From: an uncultured delta proteobacterium
GTDB lineage: Bacteria > Desulfobacterota > RBG-13-43-22
Direction: 5' to 3'
Length of the DNA stretch: 64,000 nt
Assembly: GCA_963743305.1 (NCBI GenBank)
Contig: CAVUPH010000034.1
Span: forward strand, 1 to 64,000
The position numbers were made by a program, and so were the translations under genes. Position 1 is the first letter of the stretch; every line of letters starts with the position of its first letter. This document shows positions 50,493-60,436 of this stretch, piece after piece. Below the pieces are notes generated by a model. It did not search any database and was not told the DNA's origin. It saw only the letters and a program-made list of their open reading frames with translations.

Positions 50493-51177
50493 AAATCGGC
50501 TTCTTGTAGATTTCAGTCAAATTGACGGCCATAGCTTCCAATAACTCTCCGGGCACACCCACAAAGATCTCGTTTTTTCCCAGGGCTTGAGGAATACGGT
50601 CCCCAACTCCGTTTAAGGTAAGGTTGATCTTTTTTTTCAGGTAGGGATAGGCGATAACATCCCCGCAGACCCCCTGGTAACCGGTACCGACCTTTAGATT
50701 ATGACGTTCGCCGGTCAGGTACTGGTTGGCCATCAACAACCACTTGGCTTGGTCGGAAGTGATCCGGAACAAACAGACATCAACGCCCAAGACGGCCTTT
50801 TCCAGAGGACTTAAGACCAGGGCTTGGGTCCGTCCGGGAGGAACCTGGTTTCCATCGGCAAAATACTTCTGAGCGGCCTCCTGGTTCCCAAAAACCCCCA
50901 TTTGAACGGTTTGTTTACGGGCCACTTTTTTCGATTCCTTTTTGAATCCCAAGGCCGTCAGCCCCATGGTGCAACCGATATCGCCCTTGCCGACTAATAA
51001 GCCCTTCCCTTTAAAGGCTTCCATAACCGCGAAACAGATGCTGGGTAACGGTTTCTCCGGCTTTTTAAAGACCACGGGCGTTTCTTCCAAGTTGGTGATA
51101 ATCCGGATAGCCACCGGACCGGATTTGATTCCCAGGGTCTGGCGAAAGATTTTGGCCTGTTCGATCAAGTCTTTCAT
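50425..51177 (-). CDS. DUF169-family protein
   Basis: LG..GPVAI, C..V..A, IGC..G..ALG, QGVCGD..AYP and G.R motifs. Confidence 0.75.
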   Translation of the reverse strand: MKDLIEQAKIFRQTLGIKSGPVAIRIITNLEETPVVFKKPEKPLPSICFAVMEAFKGKGLLVGKGDIGCTMGLTALGFKKESKKVARKQTVQMGVFGNQEAAQKYFADGNQVPPGRTQALVLSPLEKAVLGVDVCLFRITSDQAKWLLMANQYLTGERHNLKVGTGYQGVCGDVIAYPYLKKKINLTLNGVGDRIPQALGKNEIFVGVPGELLEAMAVNLTEIYKKPIFKQQRSAKNPQRNVPSRTGPRS

Positions 51178-51195
51178 GAAATTATCAAAGGTCCT

Positions 51196-51510
51196 TCAAA
51201 GTTTTCGTCTTTTCCGAAGTGGAATTATCTTTTTTGATCCGGTCGATTCCGGTTCGGGTTCCGGTTCCTGGATCTCGACCGGCGCAACGACCTTCTCGAT
51301 TCTAATCGTTCGTCCGCCCATGGAAAATTCATTTCCCTGGACATATTCCGATCTTAGGATCCATTCCCCCAAGGTTGGAGGGACCTGGAGAATCAAAAAT
51401 TTTAAACGCAGCCATCCCGGTTTACTATCCGGAATTACGTCCTCAACCCGGCCGAAAAAAGCCGGTTTGCCCTCGATATAGACCAGGATGACATCCCCTA
51501 TATCGGTCAT
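51196..51510 (-). CDS. Hypothetical protein
   Basis: Clean ORF (GDVILVYIEGKPAFFGRVE..WILR..FSMGG..KIIPL). Confidence 0.75.
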   Translation of the reverse strand: MTDIGDVILVYIEGKPAFFGRVEDVIPDSKPGWLRLKFLILQVPPTLGEWILRSEYVQGNEFSMGGRTIRIEKVVAPVEIQEPEPEPESTGSKKIIPLRKRRKL

Positions 51511-51720
51511 GTCGCATCTATTTTGGGTTGTTTTATTTTTTTCGGGAACAAGTCCCGGGTGGAACTAAGAGGTATTACCGAACCACTTCAGGTGAGTTCT
51601 TTTGTACCGCAGTCTGCTCCCAAATGTCAACATCTTTTATCAAACTATTAGTTTCCGGGGGAAAGAAAAAAGCCATTAAGAAAGAATGTCTCCTGCCGGC
51701 AGGGTATAATATACAACGCC

Positions 51721-52503
51721 TTAGTACACATAGATGACAGCAGCCCCGACGGACACCCGCTCGGTGTACTGCCCTTCCAGGTTCAGACGGAATCCTTTTC
51801 CTAGCGGTACTTCGACCCCGGTATATCCTCCGAAGACGGTCTTGTTCTTCATGGTCGTCTCCCCTGAGGCGTAGGCCAGGCCGTCGACGTCCCCGGATGA
51901 CGATACCTTTAATTCCGAATAGTGGACATAGGGCCCGATATACACCTTGAGGCCATCGAGAATGGTGGCTTGAAATCCCAGGCCGCAATTCACCTCCCAA
52001 AAATTTTTAACCGAAAGTTCGACCGAAAAAGGTGCGCCGTTTCGAGTTCCCGAAACGCTGTCGCTGAAGTCACTCAAGTAATAGGTCCCCTGGATAAATG
52101 CCCCCAGGCCAAAGGTCTTGTTGAAAGGATAATAACCCTTGGTCCCCACCGTGCTGAAAAATATCCGCTGATCTTCAAAGTCCTTTTTGGAGGTGACCGT
52201 CGAAGCAGTTGAGGAGCTGAAGGCATCGATAAGCTTTAAATCCGACATGCCCACTCTGGCGGTGACTTCCCAACTATTTCGAGATCCGTAGCCCAATTCC
52301 GAATAGACCTGATTCTGGCGGGTTGCCTGCTCCGCGCCATTCTTAAATTTATCCTCCTGAAACCAATATCCCAGGCCGGTGTGTAGGCCCCCGGCCTCTT
52401 TGGCCATAGGTTGCGGCGGTCCGAAAGGCCCGCCCGCGGCCGCTCTTCCCGGAATACTCAGCATCACGAAGACGATCATTACGACCACTTTCAGACTTTT
52501 CAT
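51721..52503 (-). CDS. Outer-membrane beta-barrel protein
   Basis: Signal peptide; alternating beta strands; C-terminal VIYVY; last gene of the mla operon. Confidence 0.8.
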   Translation of the reverse strand: MKSLKVVVMIVFVMLSIPGRAAAGGPFGPPQPMAKEAGGLHTGLGYWFQEDKFKNGAEQATRQNQVYSELGYGSRNSWEVTARVGMSDLKLIDAFSSSTASTVTSKKDFEDQRIFFSTVGTKGYYPFNKTFGLGAFIQGTYYLSDFSDSVSGTRNGAPFSVELSVKNFWEVNCGLGFQATILDGLKVYIGPYVHYSELKVSSSGDVDGLAYASGETTMKNKTVFGGYTGVEVPLGKGFRLNLEGQYTERVSVGAAVIYVY

Positions 52504-52519
52504 AGGAACGCTTTCCCCC

Positions 52520-53424
52520 TCATTCATTTTTGGGTAGTCCCGAATCTTTGGCGGGATTCTTCCCGCCCTTGCGGTTGACCTTCTTCAGCCGATATTGGAC
52601 ATAGGCATCGCGGATGGCCACGTAAGGATCGACGGCGGCCCCTTTGAGGGACTCATAGTCACCGATCCTCAGGGAGGTGTCATTCAGCAGGTCATAGGCC
52701 CTGGTCCCCTCGCTGGCATACCAGGGAGTAAGATAGCTGTAGGGAGTCAGGAAGGCATCCCCAATCAGCCCCAACGTGTCGCGAGGACTGGAAGGACCGA
52801 ACACGGGCCAGGTGATGAAAAAATCCTGCCCCCATCCATAGGTACCCAAGGTTTGACCGAAATCCTCATCTTGTTTGGAGAGATTGATATCCTGGCTCGA
52901 TGACGGATCCAATAACCCCCCGACCCCCCAGAGGGTGTTTATCGTGAAACGGCCAAGTTCCGTCGCCGCACCCTTGAAGTTCGCCTGGAGCAGACAATTA
53001 ACGAAACGAACCGGGAAGGTTAGGTTCGCAAAGAAATTGCTCACGCCGACACGGGCGGGCTCGGGCACGACCTGGCCATATCCCTGCGCGACCGGTTTGA
53101 GCACCCAGAAGTAAAGCTTGTCGTTGAACTGGTACATGGCCCGATTGAAAGGCTCCAGGGGGTCGGCTATTCCAACCTTGGCCCCTTCGCTCACCTTCTC
53201 CGAAACTTCAATATCGCCATATTCATCGACGTTTTTGGTTTCAGATCCGACCGGCGTCTCCGAGGGCTTTGGAGGCGTCTGCGGGGAACTGGTAGACCGC
53301 CGGATCTGGCTGGGCCTGAGGAGTCTGCAACCGGCGTGGCGAGGGAAACGGCGGGATCAGGACTGTGAGCGCAACCCGCCGCGAATAAAACGAACAGGAG
53401 AACGAAAACTGAGAATCCTTTCAT
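52520..53424 (-). pseudogene. mlaA: MlaA/VacJ lipoprotein, one apparent frameshift
   Basis: Lipobox FAAGC in ORF 53191-53424; DPLEPFNR..FND, EDFGQTLG and GPSSPRD in ORF 52520-53194; break near 53300. Confidence 0.88.
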
Positions 53425-53512
53425 AAGACGAGCCCCCTCTTCCGCCTTCTCGGGTCATTTAGCCTAGTGGGAGAACATTAATCCCAGCATTCACCATTTC
53501 CCGCGTAAGGCC

Positions 53513-54106
53513 CTATTGCCCCTTCACTTTCTTTCGCAGGATCTCCAGCAACTGTTCCGGCGTATTTTTTGCCAGGATATCATTAAACTGGGTACGATAA
53601 TTTAGAACCAGGCTCACGTTTTCCACAACGACGTCATATACTTTCCAGACGCCGCCCTTCAGCAGCACGCGATAGGTGATAGGAATTTCCTTGGAAGAGG
53701 TAACGATCTTCGTCGGGACCTCGGCCTGGGTGGCCGAGACCATGCTTTCATGCTCAAAGACCACTTTTTCGTTGGTATAGGCCAGGATTTTGTCGATGTA
53801 CGCCTTTTCCAGCACCTCTCGAAAAAGTTGGACAAACTCCTTTCGTTGGGCGGTATTCAGACTGTTCCAGTTCCTGGACAACGTGCGCTTCGACATTTCG
53901 ACGTCATCAAACATATTTTCATAGATGAGCCGCAGTTTTTCCTTTTCGGTCTCTTTGGCCGAGGCCGGTTTGAGCTTGGGATCACGCAACACCTCCAGGA
54001 CCTTGTTGACGTTGGTCTGGACCGCCTCCAGCGGCGTACCGGCATATACCGGAAGAGAACCGAGTAACAAGAGGATCAGGCTCATTAGGACGATGTGTCT
54101 TTTCAT
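53513..54106 (-). CDS. mlaC: MlaC/Ttg2D periplasmic lipid-binding protein
   Basis: WKVYDVVVENVSLVLNYRTQF. Confidence 0.93.
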   Translation of the reverse strand: MKRHIVLMSLILLLLGSLPVYAGTPLEAVQTNVNKVLEVLRDPKLKPASAKETEKEKLRLIYENMFDDVEMSKRTLSRNWNSLNTAQRKEFVQLFREVLEKAYIDKILAYTNEKVVFEHESMVSATQAEVPTKIVTSSKEIPITYRVLLKGGVWKVYDVVVENVSLVLNYRTQFNDILAKNTPEQLLEILRKKVKGQ

Positions 54107-54135
54107 AACCTTCCTTTCTTAATCCGCCTGGGCGG

Positions 54136-54591
54136 CTAGTGTTTCTTCACGTCTCCGAAGGCATACTTGCTGACCAGATCTACGAGGTCCACCGCCGGCT
54201 GCGTTTCGGTAATGGTGCCTCTCGGTTGGAGCAGCGCGCCTGCGCCGCCGGGGTCAATGCTGATATGCATATCCCCGATCAGCCCTTCCGTTTTAATGGA
54301 AGCAATGGCATCGTCATAAATTTTGATATCCTTCCGGATGTGCATCTCCACCACGGCCTTCTGGCTTTTCTGGTCCATGGCCAGCTGCTCTACTCGCCCT
54401 ACCTCAATCCCGGATATATAAACCAGGCTGCCAGCCCTCAGGCCGGTGACTGAGGTGAATCTAGCGAAGAGCGGATAGGTGTCGTCGCCGAAGAGGGAAA
54501 CATGACCCAATTTCACCGTCATATACCCAACGCAGAGGAGCCCGAAAACGAGAAATATCCCAACCGTGGTTTCCATGGTGTACTTTTTCAT
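54136..54591 (-). CDS. mlaD: MlaD (MCE domain)
   Basis: ETTVGIF, FTSVTGL, GIEVGRV and IKTEGLIGD motifs. Confidence 0.95.
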   Translation of the reverse strand: MKKYTMETTVGIFLVFGLLCVGYMTVKLGHVSLFGDDTYPLFARFTSVTGLRAGSLVYISGIEVGRVEQLAMDQKSQKAVVEMHIRKDIKIYDDAIASIKTEGLIGDMHISIDPGGAGALLQPRGTITETQPAVDLVDLVSKYAFGDVKKH

Positions 54592-55841
54592 CTGCCTAAT
54601 CTCCTCACGTCGCACCGAATTCGGCCAATTTCTTTTTGTTGCGCTTTGGCCGCATCGATGACCGGATCGATATCGGCTACCGGTTGGCCCTCGGCAATTC
54701 CGGCCAGGACCGAAAATTCAACCACTTCCGCAGAAACGGCCTGTCGGCCATCCCCGGCACAGGCCTCTCGAAGGCCTCGTTCTTGAAGATCCTGGATAAA
54801 ATCCTGGAGAATGCCCTCCGCTTCTTTCAGGTCCGAATAGGGGAGCACCGTGACAAATTCATTGCTGAGACGGCGGGTGGAAAACCCCCCGATGGCCCCG
54901 AAGTGTTTATCGATGTAAATGGCCAGACTCCGCAAGGCCACCTGGGCCGCATCGTAGCCCACGCTCGTCCGGAAGAACTCCGGATCAACCAGAGAAAAAA
55001 CCGCCACGCTGTACGTTGCCCCGCCGGAGGTCTGCCGCAACTGAACATGGTGCATCACTTTGAATTGCCTTTTGGAATATAGACCGGTCAATTCATTCTG
55101 CAGCCCTTCCAGACTGCGAATGACCTCATCTTTGAAGGGGTGGTCAAAATTTTCCAGTTCCTCCGGTGAGCCTTGAAAAACTATGGATCGATCATAAAGA
55201 GCCAGAATGCGGTTGGAGATAAAATAGACATCCGGTATCTCGTGGCTGACCAGGATACCGGTAAACCCGAATTTCCGCTGATACTGGGCAATCATGCCCA
55301 GGATGGCATTTTTCCGGACCGGGTCTTGGCCGGAAGTAGGTTCATCAAAAAGGACGATTCGAGGATCCGTGACCAAAGCCCGCGCCAAGGCGGCCCGCTT
55401 TTGCATGCCGCCGGAGAGCTCCGAAGGATACTTATGAACCGCTTCTTTAAGCTCCGTTTGTTCGATTCTGGCCATAACCCGGCTATCGATCTCGGCTTTC
55501 TTCAGGTTCGTCGTCTCCCGCAAGGGAAGGGCGATATTTTCATAGACGGTGAGGGAATCGAAGAGGGCATTGTCTTGAAACATGTAGCTTATCCGAGCGA
55601 AATTGGCGGCGCTCTCACTTTTTTCCATTTCGCCCAAGGGTTTGCCCTTGAAGAGAATAGTCCCTTCATCCGGCTTGAGCAGCCCGATGATATGCTTCAG
55701 GAGCACACTCTTCCCCGAACCGCTCAGACCGATAATGGTGGTGACCTGTCCCTCGTAGATCTGCAAGTTAACCCGTTCCAGGACGGTTCGGGAGCCGAAG
55801 CGTTTGGTGACCTCCTGGAATTCGATCAACGGGCTATCCAT
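54588..55841 (-). CDS. mlaF: MlaF ABC ATPase with C-terminal degenerate GGDEF-like extension
   Basis: GLSGSGKS, LSGGMQKR and FDEPT, then ~170 extra residues containing NELTGLYSKR and RRLSNEFVTVLP. Confidence 0.9.
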   Translation of the reverse strand: MDSPLIEFQEVTKRFGSRTVLERVNLQIYEGQVTTIIGLSGSGKSVLLKHIIGLLKPDEGTILFKGKPLGEMEKSESAANFARISYMFQDNALFDSLTVYENIALPLRETTNLKKAEIDSRVMARIEQTELKEAVHKYPSELSGGMQKRAALARALVTDPRIVLFDEPTSGQDPVRKNAILGMIAQYQRKFGFTGILVSHEIPDVYFISNRILALYDRSIVFQGSPEELENFDHPFKDEVIRSLEGLQNELTGLYSKRQFKVMHHVQLRQTSGGATYSVAVFSLVDPEFFRTSVGYDAAQVALRSLAIYIDKHFGAIGGFSTRRLSNEFVTVLPYSDLKEAEGILQDFIQDLQERGLREACAGDGRQAVSAEVVEFSVLAGIAEGQPVADIDPVIDAAKAQQKEIGRIRCDVRRLGR

Positions 55842-55850
55842 GGGTTAACC

Positions 55851-56690
55851 TCAGATGAGCAGCGACGTGACCACATAGTCAGACACCAGGATGAGCACGC
55901 AGGAGATCACCACGGACGAGGTGGTGGAGAGCCCGACGGCCTTGGCGCCATGGCTGTCCGCGCGCATGTGGGTAAAATACCCCTGGTAACAACAGACCGT
56001 GGAGACGATAACGGCAAAAACAATCGACTTGATCAATCCGTCAGTGATATCTTTCAGGTCCATACTGGTCTGAACACGATAAACATAGGTGCTGGCATTG
56101 GCACCCAGGAGCAATACGCCGGAGACGTACCCGCCGATAATGCCGACGAGGTCGAACACGGCGGTGAGCAAGGGGAAGCTGATGATCGCGGCGGTAATCC
56201 GGGGGGTGATGAGATACCGGAGCGGATCAATACGCATGGTGCTCAGGGCGTCAATCTGTTCGGAGATGCGCTGAATGCCGATCTCGGCGGTGATAGCCGA
56301 ACCGGCCCGGGCGGCAATCATAATCGCCGTGAGCACCGGTCCCAATTCCCGAACCAGCGTCAGGGCCACCAGGGTGCCGAGGGCCCCCTGGGCGCCGAAT
56401 TTTACCAGGGCATGATAGGATTGAAGGCCCAGCACCATACCGGTGAAGAAACTGACGAGCATGATGATCATCGTGGATCTGGCCCCGATATAATAGACCT
56501 GCTGCACGATCTTATCCAACTGTTTGGATCGTACGATCCTCAGCAGCGCCATAAGGAGAAAAATGGCTGAGGCGCCTAAATGGTCGATCCAACTGATCGC
56601 CACCCGACCGATAAGGGCAAAGGGACCGGTCAATAGCCTGCCGCGCTGCCCCCCAGGTTTGCTTTGCTGACTGTCAGCATCAATGGTCAT
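55851..56690 (-). CDS. mlaE: MlaE permease
   Basis: GMVLGLQ, RELGPVLTA, GSAITAEIG and EQIDAL motifs. Confidence 0.95.
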   Translation of the reverse strand: MTIDADSQQSKPGGQRGRLLTGPFALIGRVAISWIDHLGASAIFLLMALLRIVRSKQLDKIVQQVYYIGARSTMIIMLVSFFTGMVLGLQSYHALVKFGAQGALGTLVALTLVRELGPVLTAIMIAARAGSAITAEIGIQRISEQIDALSTMRIDPLRYLITPRITAAIISFPLLTAVFDLVGIIGGYVSGVLLLGANASTYVYRVQTSMDLKDITDGLIKSIVFAVIVSTVCCYQGYFTHMRADSHGAKAVGLSTTSSVVISCVLILVSDYVVTSLLI

Positions 56691-56866
56691 GCCAGAACTC
56701 CCGAGACTGGTTCCCTAGGGCGAATTAGGATTAGATTCTTACATCCCTTTCACTCGGTGGACAATTTTTAATAGGCATTATATGCTTAACTCCCCGGACC
56801 TTGTCAATGAAAATGAGTTGCCGCTCTTGGTCGGGGGGCAGGATTCTTGGGCTCAAGTCAGTAGAG

Positions 56867-56895
56867 TTGACGCCGAAAGGATTCCTTCTTATACT
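56867..56895 (+). promoter_or_regulatory. Sigma70-like promoter of the metallopterin-desulfurase/egtD unit
   Basis: TTGACG-17 nt-TATACT. Confidence 0.65.
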
Positions 56896-56929
56896 ATTAC
56901 GAAAATCCGCTTTTTTTGAATCCTGCTAA

Positions 56930-59900
56930 ATGAAACTTGATAGTAAGAAAGCCATTTGCGGTATCTGCTCGGCCGGGTGCTGGGTAATGGTTCATTATGA
57001 TACCGAGGGGAAAATCGACTCGGTGGGACCTGATGAAGGTTCTCCCTGGGGGAAGATCTGCCGCTTGGGCGAACTGGCCCGGGAGGTCGTCTATTCGCCC
57101 AACCGACTATTATATCCCTTGCGCCGCAAAGGTCCCAAGGGCACTTTTGATTTCGAGCGTATCTCCTGGGATGAAGCCTATGCGACGATCGTCGATAAAC
57201 TGCGAACGATCAAGGCGGAGTCCGGGCCGGAAGCCACGGCCATCTATACCGGAAGCGGAAGTTTCGAGTTATCCCTCTGCGATATTTTCCAGCCGGCCGG
57301 GGTGGCGGTTTCTTCGGCTTCTAGCGTCCTCTTCCCCTTCGGGTCGCCCAACACCTTGGGCGTAGGGGCCCTCTGCTATGTATCCTTCGCCATGATCGCC
57401 CCTCATGTCACCATGGGGGGGATGTTCATCAACATGTTCTCGGATATCGAGCGGGCCAACCTCATCGTCATCTGGGGGAAAAACCCGGCAGCCCACTGCC
57501 CGCCCGATGATTTTATCCAGATCGAACGGGCCCACCGGCGCGGCGCCCGCCTGGTGGTGATCGATCCCCGTCGGACGGCCATGGCCAAGTACCCGAATGC
57601 CGAATGGGTCCCCATTCGCCCCGGTACCGACGGCGCCCTGGCCCTGGGAATGTGCCAGGTGCTGATCGAGGAAGAGCTTTTCGAAGAAGCTTTCGTTAAA
57701 GAGTGGACGATCGGATTCGAGGCCTTTGCCCGATATGTCCAGCACTTTCGACCGGAGGTGGTGGAACATATCACCGGGGTGCCGGCGGCTACCGTTATCC
57801 GCTTGGCCCGGGAGCTCGCCGGGACCAACGGCGTGTCTCCGGTCATGTACAGCGGCCTGGAATACAGCGACGGCTCCGTGCAGGCCATCCGCGCCACCCT
57901 GGTGCTCTGGGCTCTGGCCGGCCAACTGGATGTACCCGGCGGACGCTGTTTCCTGCCGGCCCGGAGCAAGTTTCCCATCAACCGGGAAGGGCTGATCCCC
58001 AATCCGGACATTCGCAAGGCCGCCGGATACAATAACTTCCCGATCTATACCCTCTACCGCGGTGAGTTCCATGCCAACATCCTGCCCCGGGCGGTACTGG
58101 AGCAGGACCCCTACCCTATCCGCCTGCTGATCAGCCTGGGGGCCTCGATTATCAGTTCCTGGCCCCAGTCCGCGGTCTGGCGGAAAACACTGGGGGCCCT
58201 GGACTTTTTGGTCTGCATCGACCGACAATTAACCGCCGATGCTGCCTTCGCCGATATTGTCCTCCCGGCCGCCACCTACTACGAGATCGAATCCTATATG
58301 GTCTATGGACCCCTTTTCCGAATCCGGGAACGGGTCATTGAACCGCTGGGGGAGGCCCGAAACGACTTCTTTATCCTTTCCGAACTCGCCCGCCGCCTCG
58401 GCTACGGCCACCTCTATCCCCAAAACGAAGCGGAACTTCTGGCCCGAGTCTTGAAAGGCTCGGGCTTCACCCCGGAATCCGTCCGGGCCGCCGGCGGAAT
58501 GGTTCAGGTGCCCACGGTAATGATGGAGTACAAGAAATGGGAAAAAGGGCTGCTGCGCCCGGATGGCCGACCCGGGTTCGACACCCCTTCCGGCAAGTTC
58601 GAAATCGCCTCTTCGCTGCTGGAAGAACATGGCTACGACGCCTTGCCCGTCTATACCGAACCCGGCGAGGGACCGCTGGCCCGGCCGGACTTGGCCCGGA
58701 GTTTTCCCCTGGTCTTCAATTCCGGAGCTCGTTCCAATATTGATTTGCACGGACTACACCAGAGCCTGCCCTCCCTCTCGCGGGAACAACCCGTGCCCAC
58801 GGTGATGATGAACCCCCGGGATGCCGCCGCGCGCGGAATTCAAAACGGAGATCCGGTGAAGCTAGCCACTTTACGGGGATCCATCCCCCTCTATGCTCAG
58901 GTCACCGAGGATATCGTGTCCGGGGCCGTTGAGGTCAGCGGGATGGGGGGCGGGGCCCTTGGCCCGAAAGCCTGGCGCGACGCCTGCGTGAACGACTTGA
59001 CCGATTTGCAGCGCTATGATCCGATCTCCGGTTTTCCGGTGTACAAGGCCCTGCTCTGCGAGGTAGTGAAGAATATCGAGGGCGAAACCGTGACGGTCGG
59101 CGGCCCGGGGGAATACACACCCGATGGATCCCTGGAAACTCCGGCGGTTCCCCACCGCATTTACCTGGACCACAACGCCACCACTCCCCTGGATCCGGAA
59201 GTACAGAAGACCTTGATCGCCTTTTTGGAGTGCTACGGGAACCCGTCCAGCCTCTATGCGGCCGGCAAAGAATCCCGGACCGCCATGGAAACGGCGCGCC
59301 GCGCCATCGCCCTGCTGCTCAACTGCACGGCCCGGCGAGTCCTCTTCACCGGCGGCGGTTCGGAGGCCAACAACCTGGCCATCAAGGGAACGGCCTGGGC
59401 CGCCGGCCGGGCCAAGGACCATATCATCACCTCGGCCAGCGAACATCCCTCGGTGCTCGAACCCTGCCGTGGACTGGAACGGCGAGGTTTCCGGGTCACC
59501 TATCTTCCGTCCGACCGGGAAGGCCGGGTCCGACCGGAGGACCTCCGCCAGGCCCTGGACGATCGTACCTGCCTGGTGAGCGTCATGCTGGCTAACAATG
59601 AGACCGGTGTCCTCCAGCCGGTGGAGGAACTGTCCGCCCTGTCCCGGGAGCGGGGGGCGCTCTTCCATTGCGATGCCGTCCAAGCGGTGGGCAAAATCCC
59701 GGTGGACGTGGGGGCACTGGGGGTGGATCTCCTAACCCTCTCGGCCCACAAGTTGCACGGTCCTAAAGGGATGGGGGCGATCTTCGTCCGCCAGGGAGTC
59801 GTCCTCGATCCCTTGGTCAGCGGCGGGCACCAGGAGCAGGGCCTGCGGGCCGGCACGGAAAACGTTCTGGGCATCGCCGGCTTCGGCAAGGCCGCCGAAC

Positions 59901-60307
59901 TGGCCCTGAAACATCTCTCGGATTTGGTATCCATCCGGGAAAAGCGGGATCAACTGGAACGCGGAATCCGGAAAATCCTCCCCCAAGCGTGCATCAATGG
60001 CCATCCTCATCTGCGGCTGCCGAACACCTTGAACGTCACTTTGCCGGGCTTCCGGGGCGAATCGCTGGTCCTGGCCCTCGATCAACGGGGAGTGGCCGTT
60101 TCCTCAGGATCGGCCTGTCGCGCCGGGAACCCGGAACCCTCCCATGTCTTGTTGGCCCTGGGGCTTTCCGAGGAGGAAGCCCACTGCTCCCTGCGTTTTT
60201 CCCTGGGCCGCGAAAATACCCTGGAGGACATTGTCCGAACCCTCTCGATTTTAGAGGATATCATCCGTAATCAACAAGCGGTAGTTCGTTTTGTATCCTG
60301 CAGGTGA
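56930..60307 (+). CDS. Mo/W-bisPGD oxidoreductase (acetylene hydratase-like) fused to IscS/NifS cysteine desulfurase; putative metallopterin-dependent ergothioneine synthase (MES)
   Basis: CGICSAGC..C Fe-S motif, RISWDEA, IRPGTDGAL and ADIVLPA; then IYLDHNATTP, SAHKLHGPKG (PLP Lys) and SSGSAC (catalytic Cys), all in one uninterrupted ORF. Confidence 0.88.
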   Translation: MKLDSKKAICGICSAGCWVMVHYDTEGKIDSVGPDEGSPWGKICRLGELAREVVYSPNRLLYPLRRKGPKGTFDFERISWDEAYATIVDKLRTIKAESGPEATAIYTGSGSFELSLCDIFQPAGVAVSSASSVLFPFGSPNTLGVGALCYVSFAMIAPHVTMGGMFINMFSDIERANLIVIWGKNPAAHCPPDDFIQIERAHRRGARLVVIDPRRTAMAKYPNAEWVPIRPGTDGALALGMCQVLIEEELFEEAFVKEWTIGFEAFARYVQHFRPEVVEHITGVPAATVIRLARELAGTNGVSPVMYSGLEYSDGSVQAIRATLVLWALAGQLDVPGGRCFLPARSKFPINREGLIPNPDIRKAAGYNNFPIYTLYRGEFHANILPRAVLEQDPYPIRLLISLGASIISSWPQSAVWRKTLGALDFLVCIDRQLTADAAFADIVLPAATYYEIESYMVYGPLFRIRERVIEPLGEARNDFFILSELARRLGYGHLYPQNEAELLARVLKGSGFTPESVRAAGGMVQVPTVMMEYKKWEKGLLRPDGRPGFDTPSGKFEIASSLLEEHGYDALPVYTEPGEGPLARPDLARSFPLVFNSGARSNIDLHGLHQSLPSLSREQPVPTVMMNPRDAAARGIQNGDPVKLATLRGSIPLYAQVTEDIVSGAVEVSGMGGGALGPKAWRDACVNDLTDLQRYDPISGFPVYKALLCEVVKNIEGETVTVGGPGEYTPDGSLETPAVPHRIYLDHNATTPLDPEVQKTLIAFLECYGNPSSLYAAGKESRTAMETARRAIALLLNCTARRVLFTGGGSEANNLAIKGTAWAAGRAKDHIITSASEHPSVLEPCRGLERRGFRVTYLPSDREGRVRPEDLRQALDDRTCLVSVMLANNETGVLQPVEELSALSRERGALFHCDAVQAVGKIPVDVGALGVDLLTLSAHKLHGPKGMGAIFVRQGVVLDPLVSGGHQEQGLRAGTENVLGIAGFGKAAELALKHLSDLVSIREKRDQLERGIRKILPQACINGHPHLRLPNTLNVTLPGFRGESLVLALDQRGVAVSSGSACRAGNPEPSHVLLALGLSEEEAHCSLRFSLGRENTLEDIVRTLSILEDIIRNQQAVVRFVSCR

Positions 60308-60436
60308 GGGGAGCTTTATTTAGAAAAATAAGACTGAACATCGAACATCGAACGTTCGAATTGAGGTTTATTTATTCGAGGTTGGGCGTTCGATGTTCCA
60401 TGTTGGACGTTCATTTTATTCGAAAAAGGGGGTTGT

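Noticed and set aside
60305-60330. TGA after ...FVSCR in the fusion enzyme as a second selenocysteine codon
   Set aside because: The desulfurase domain is already complete, I see no SECIS-like hairpin, and the downstream sequence is heptamer repeat.
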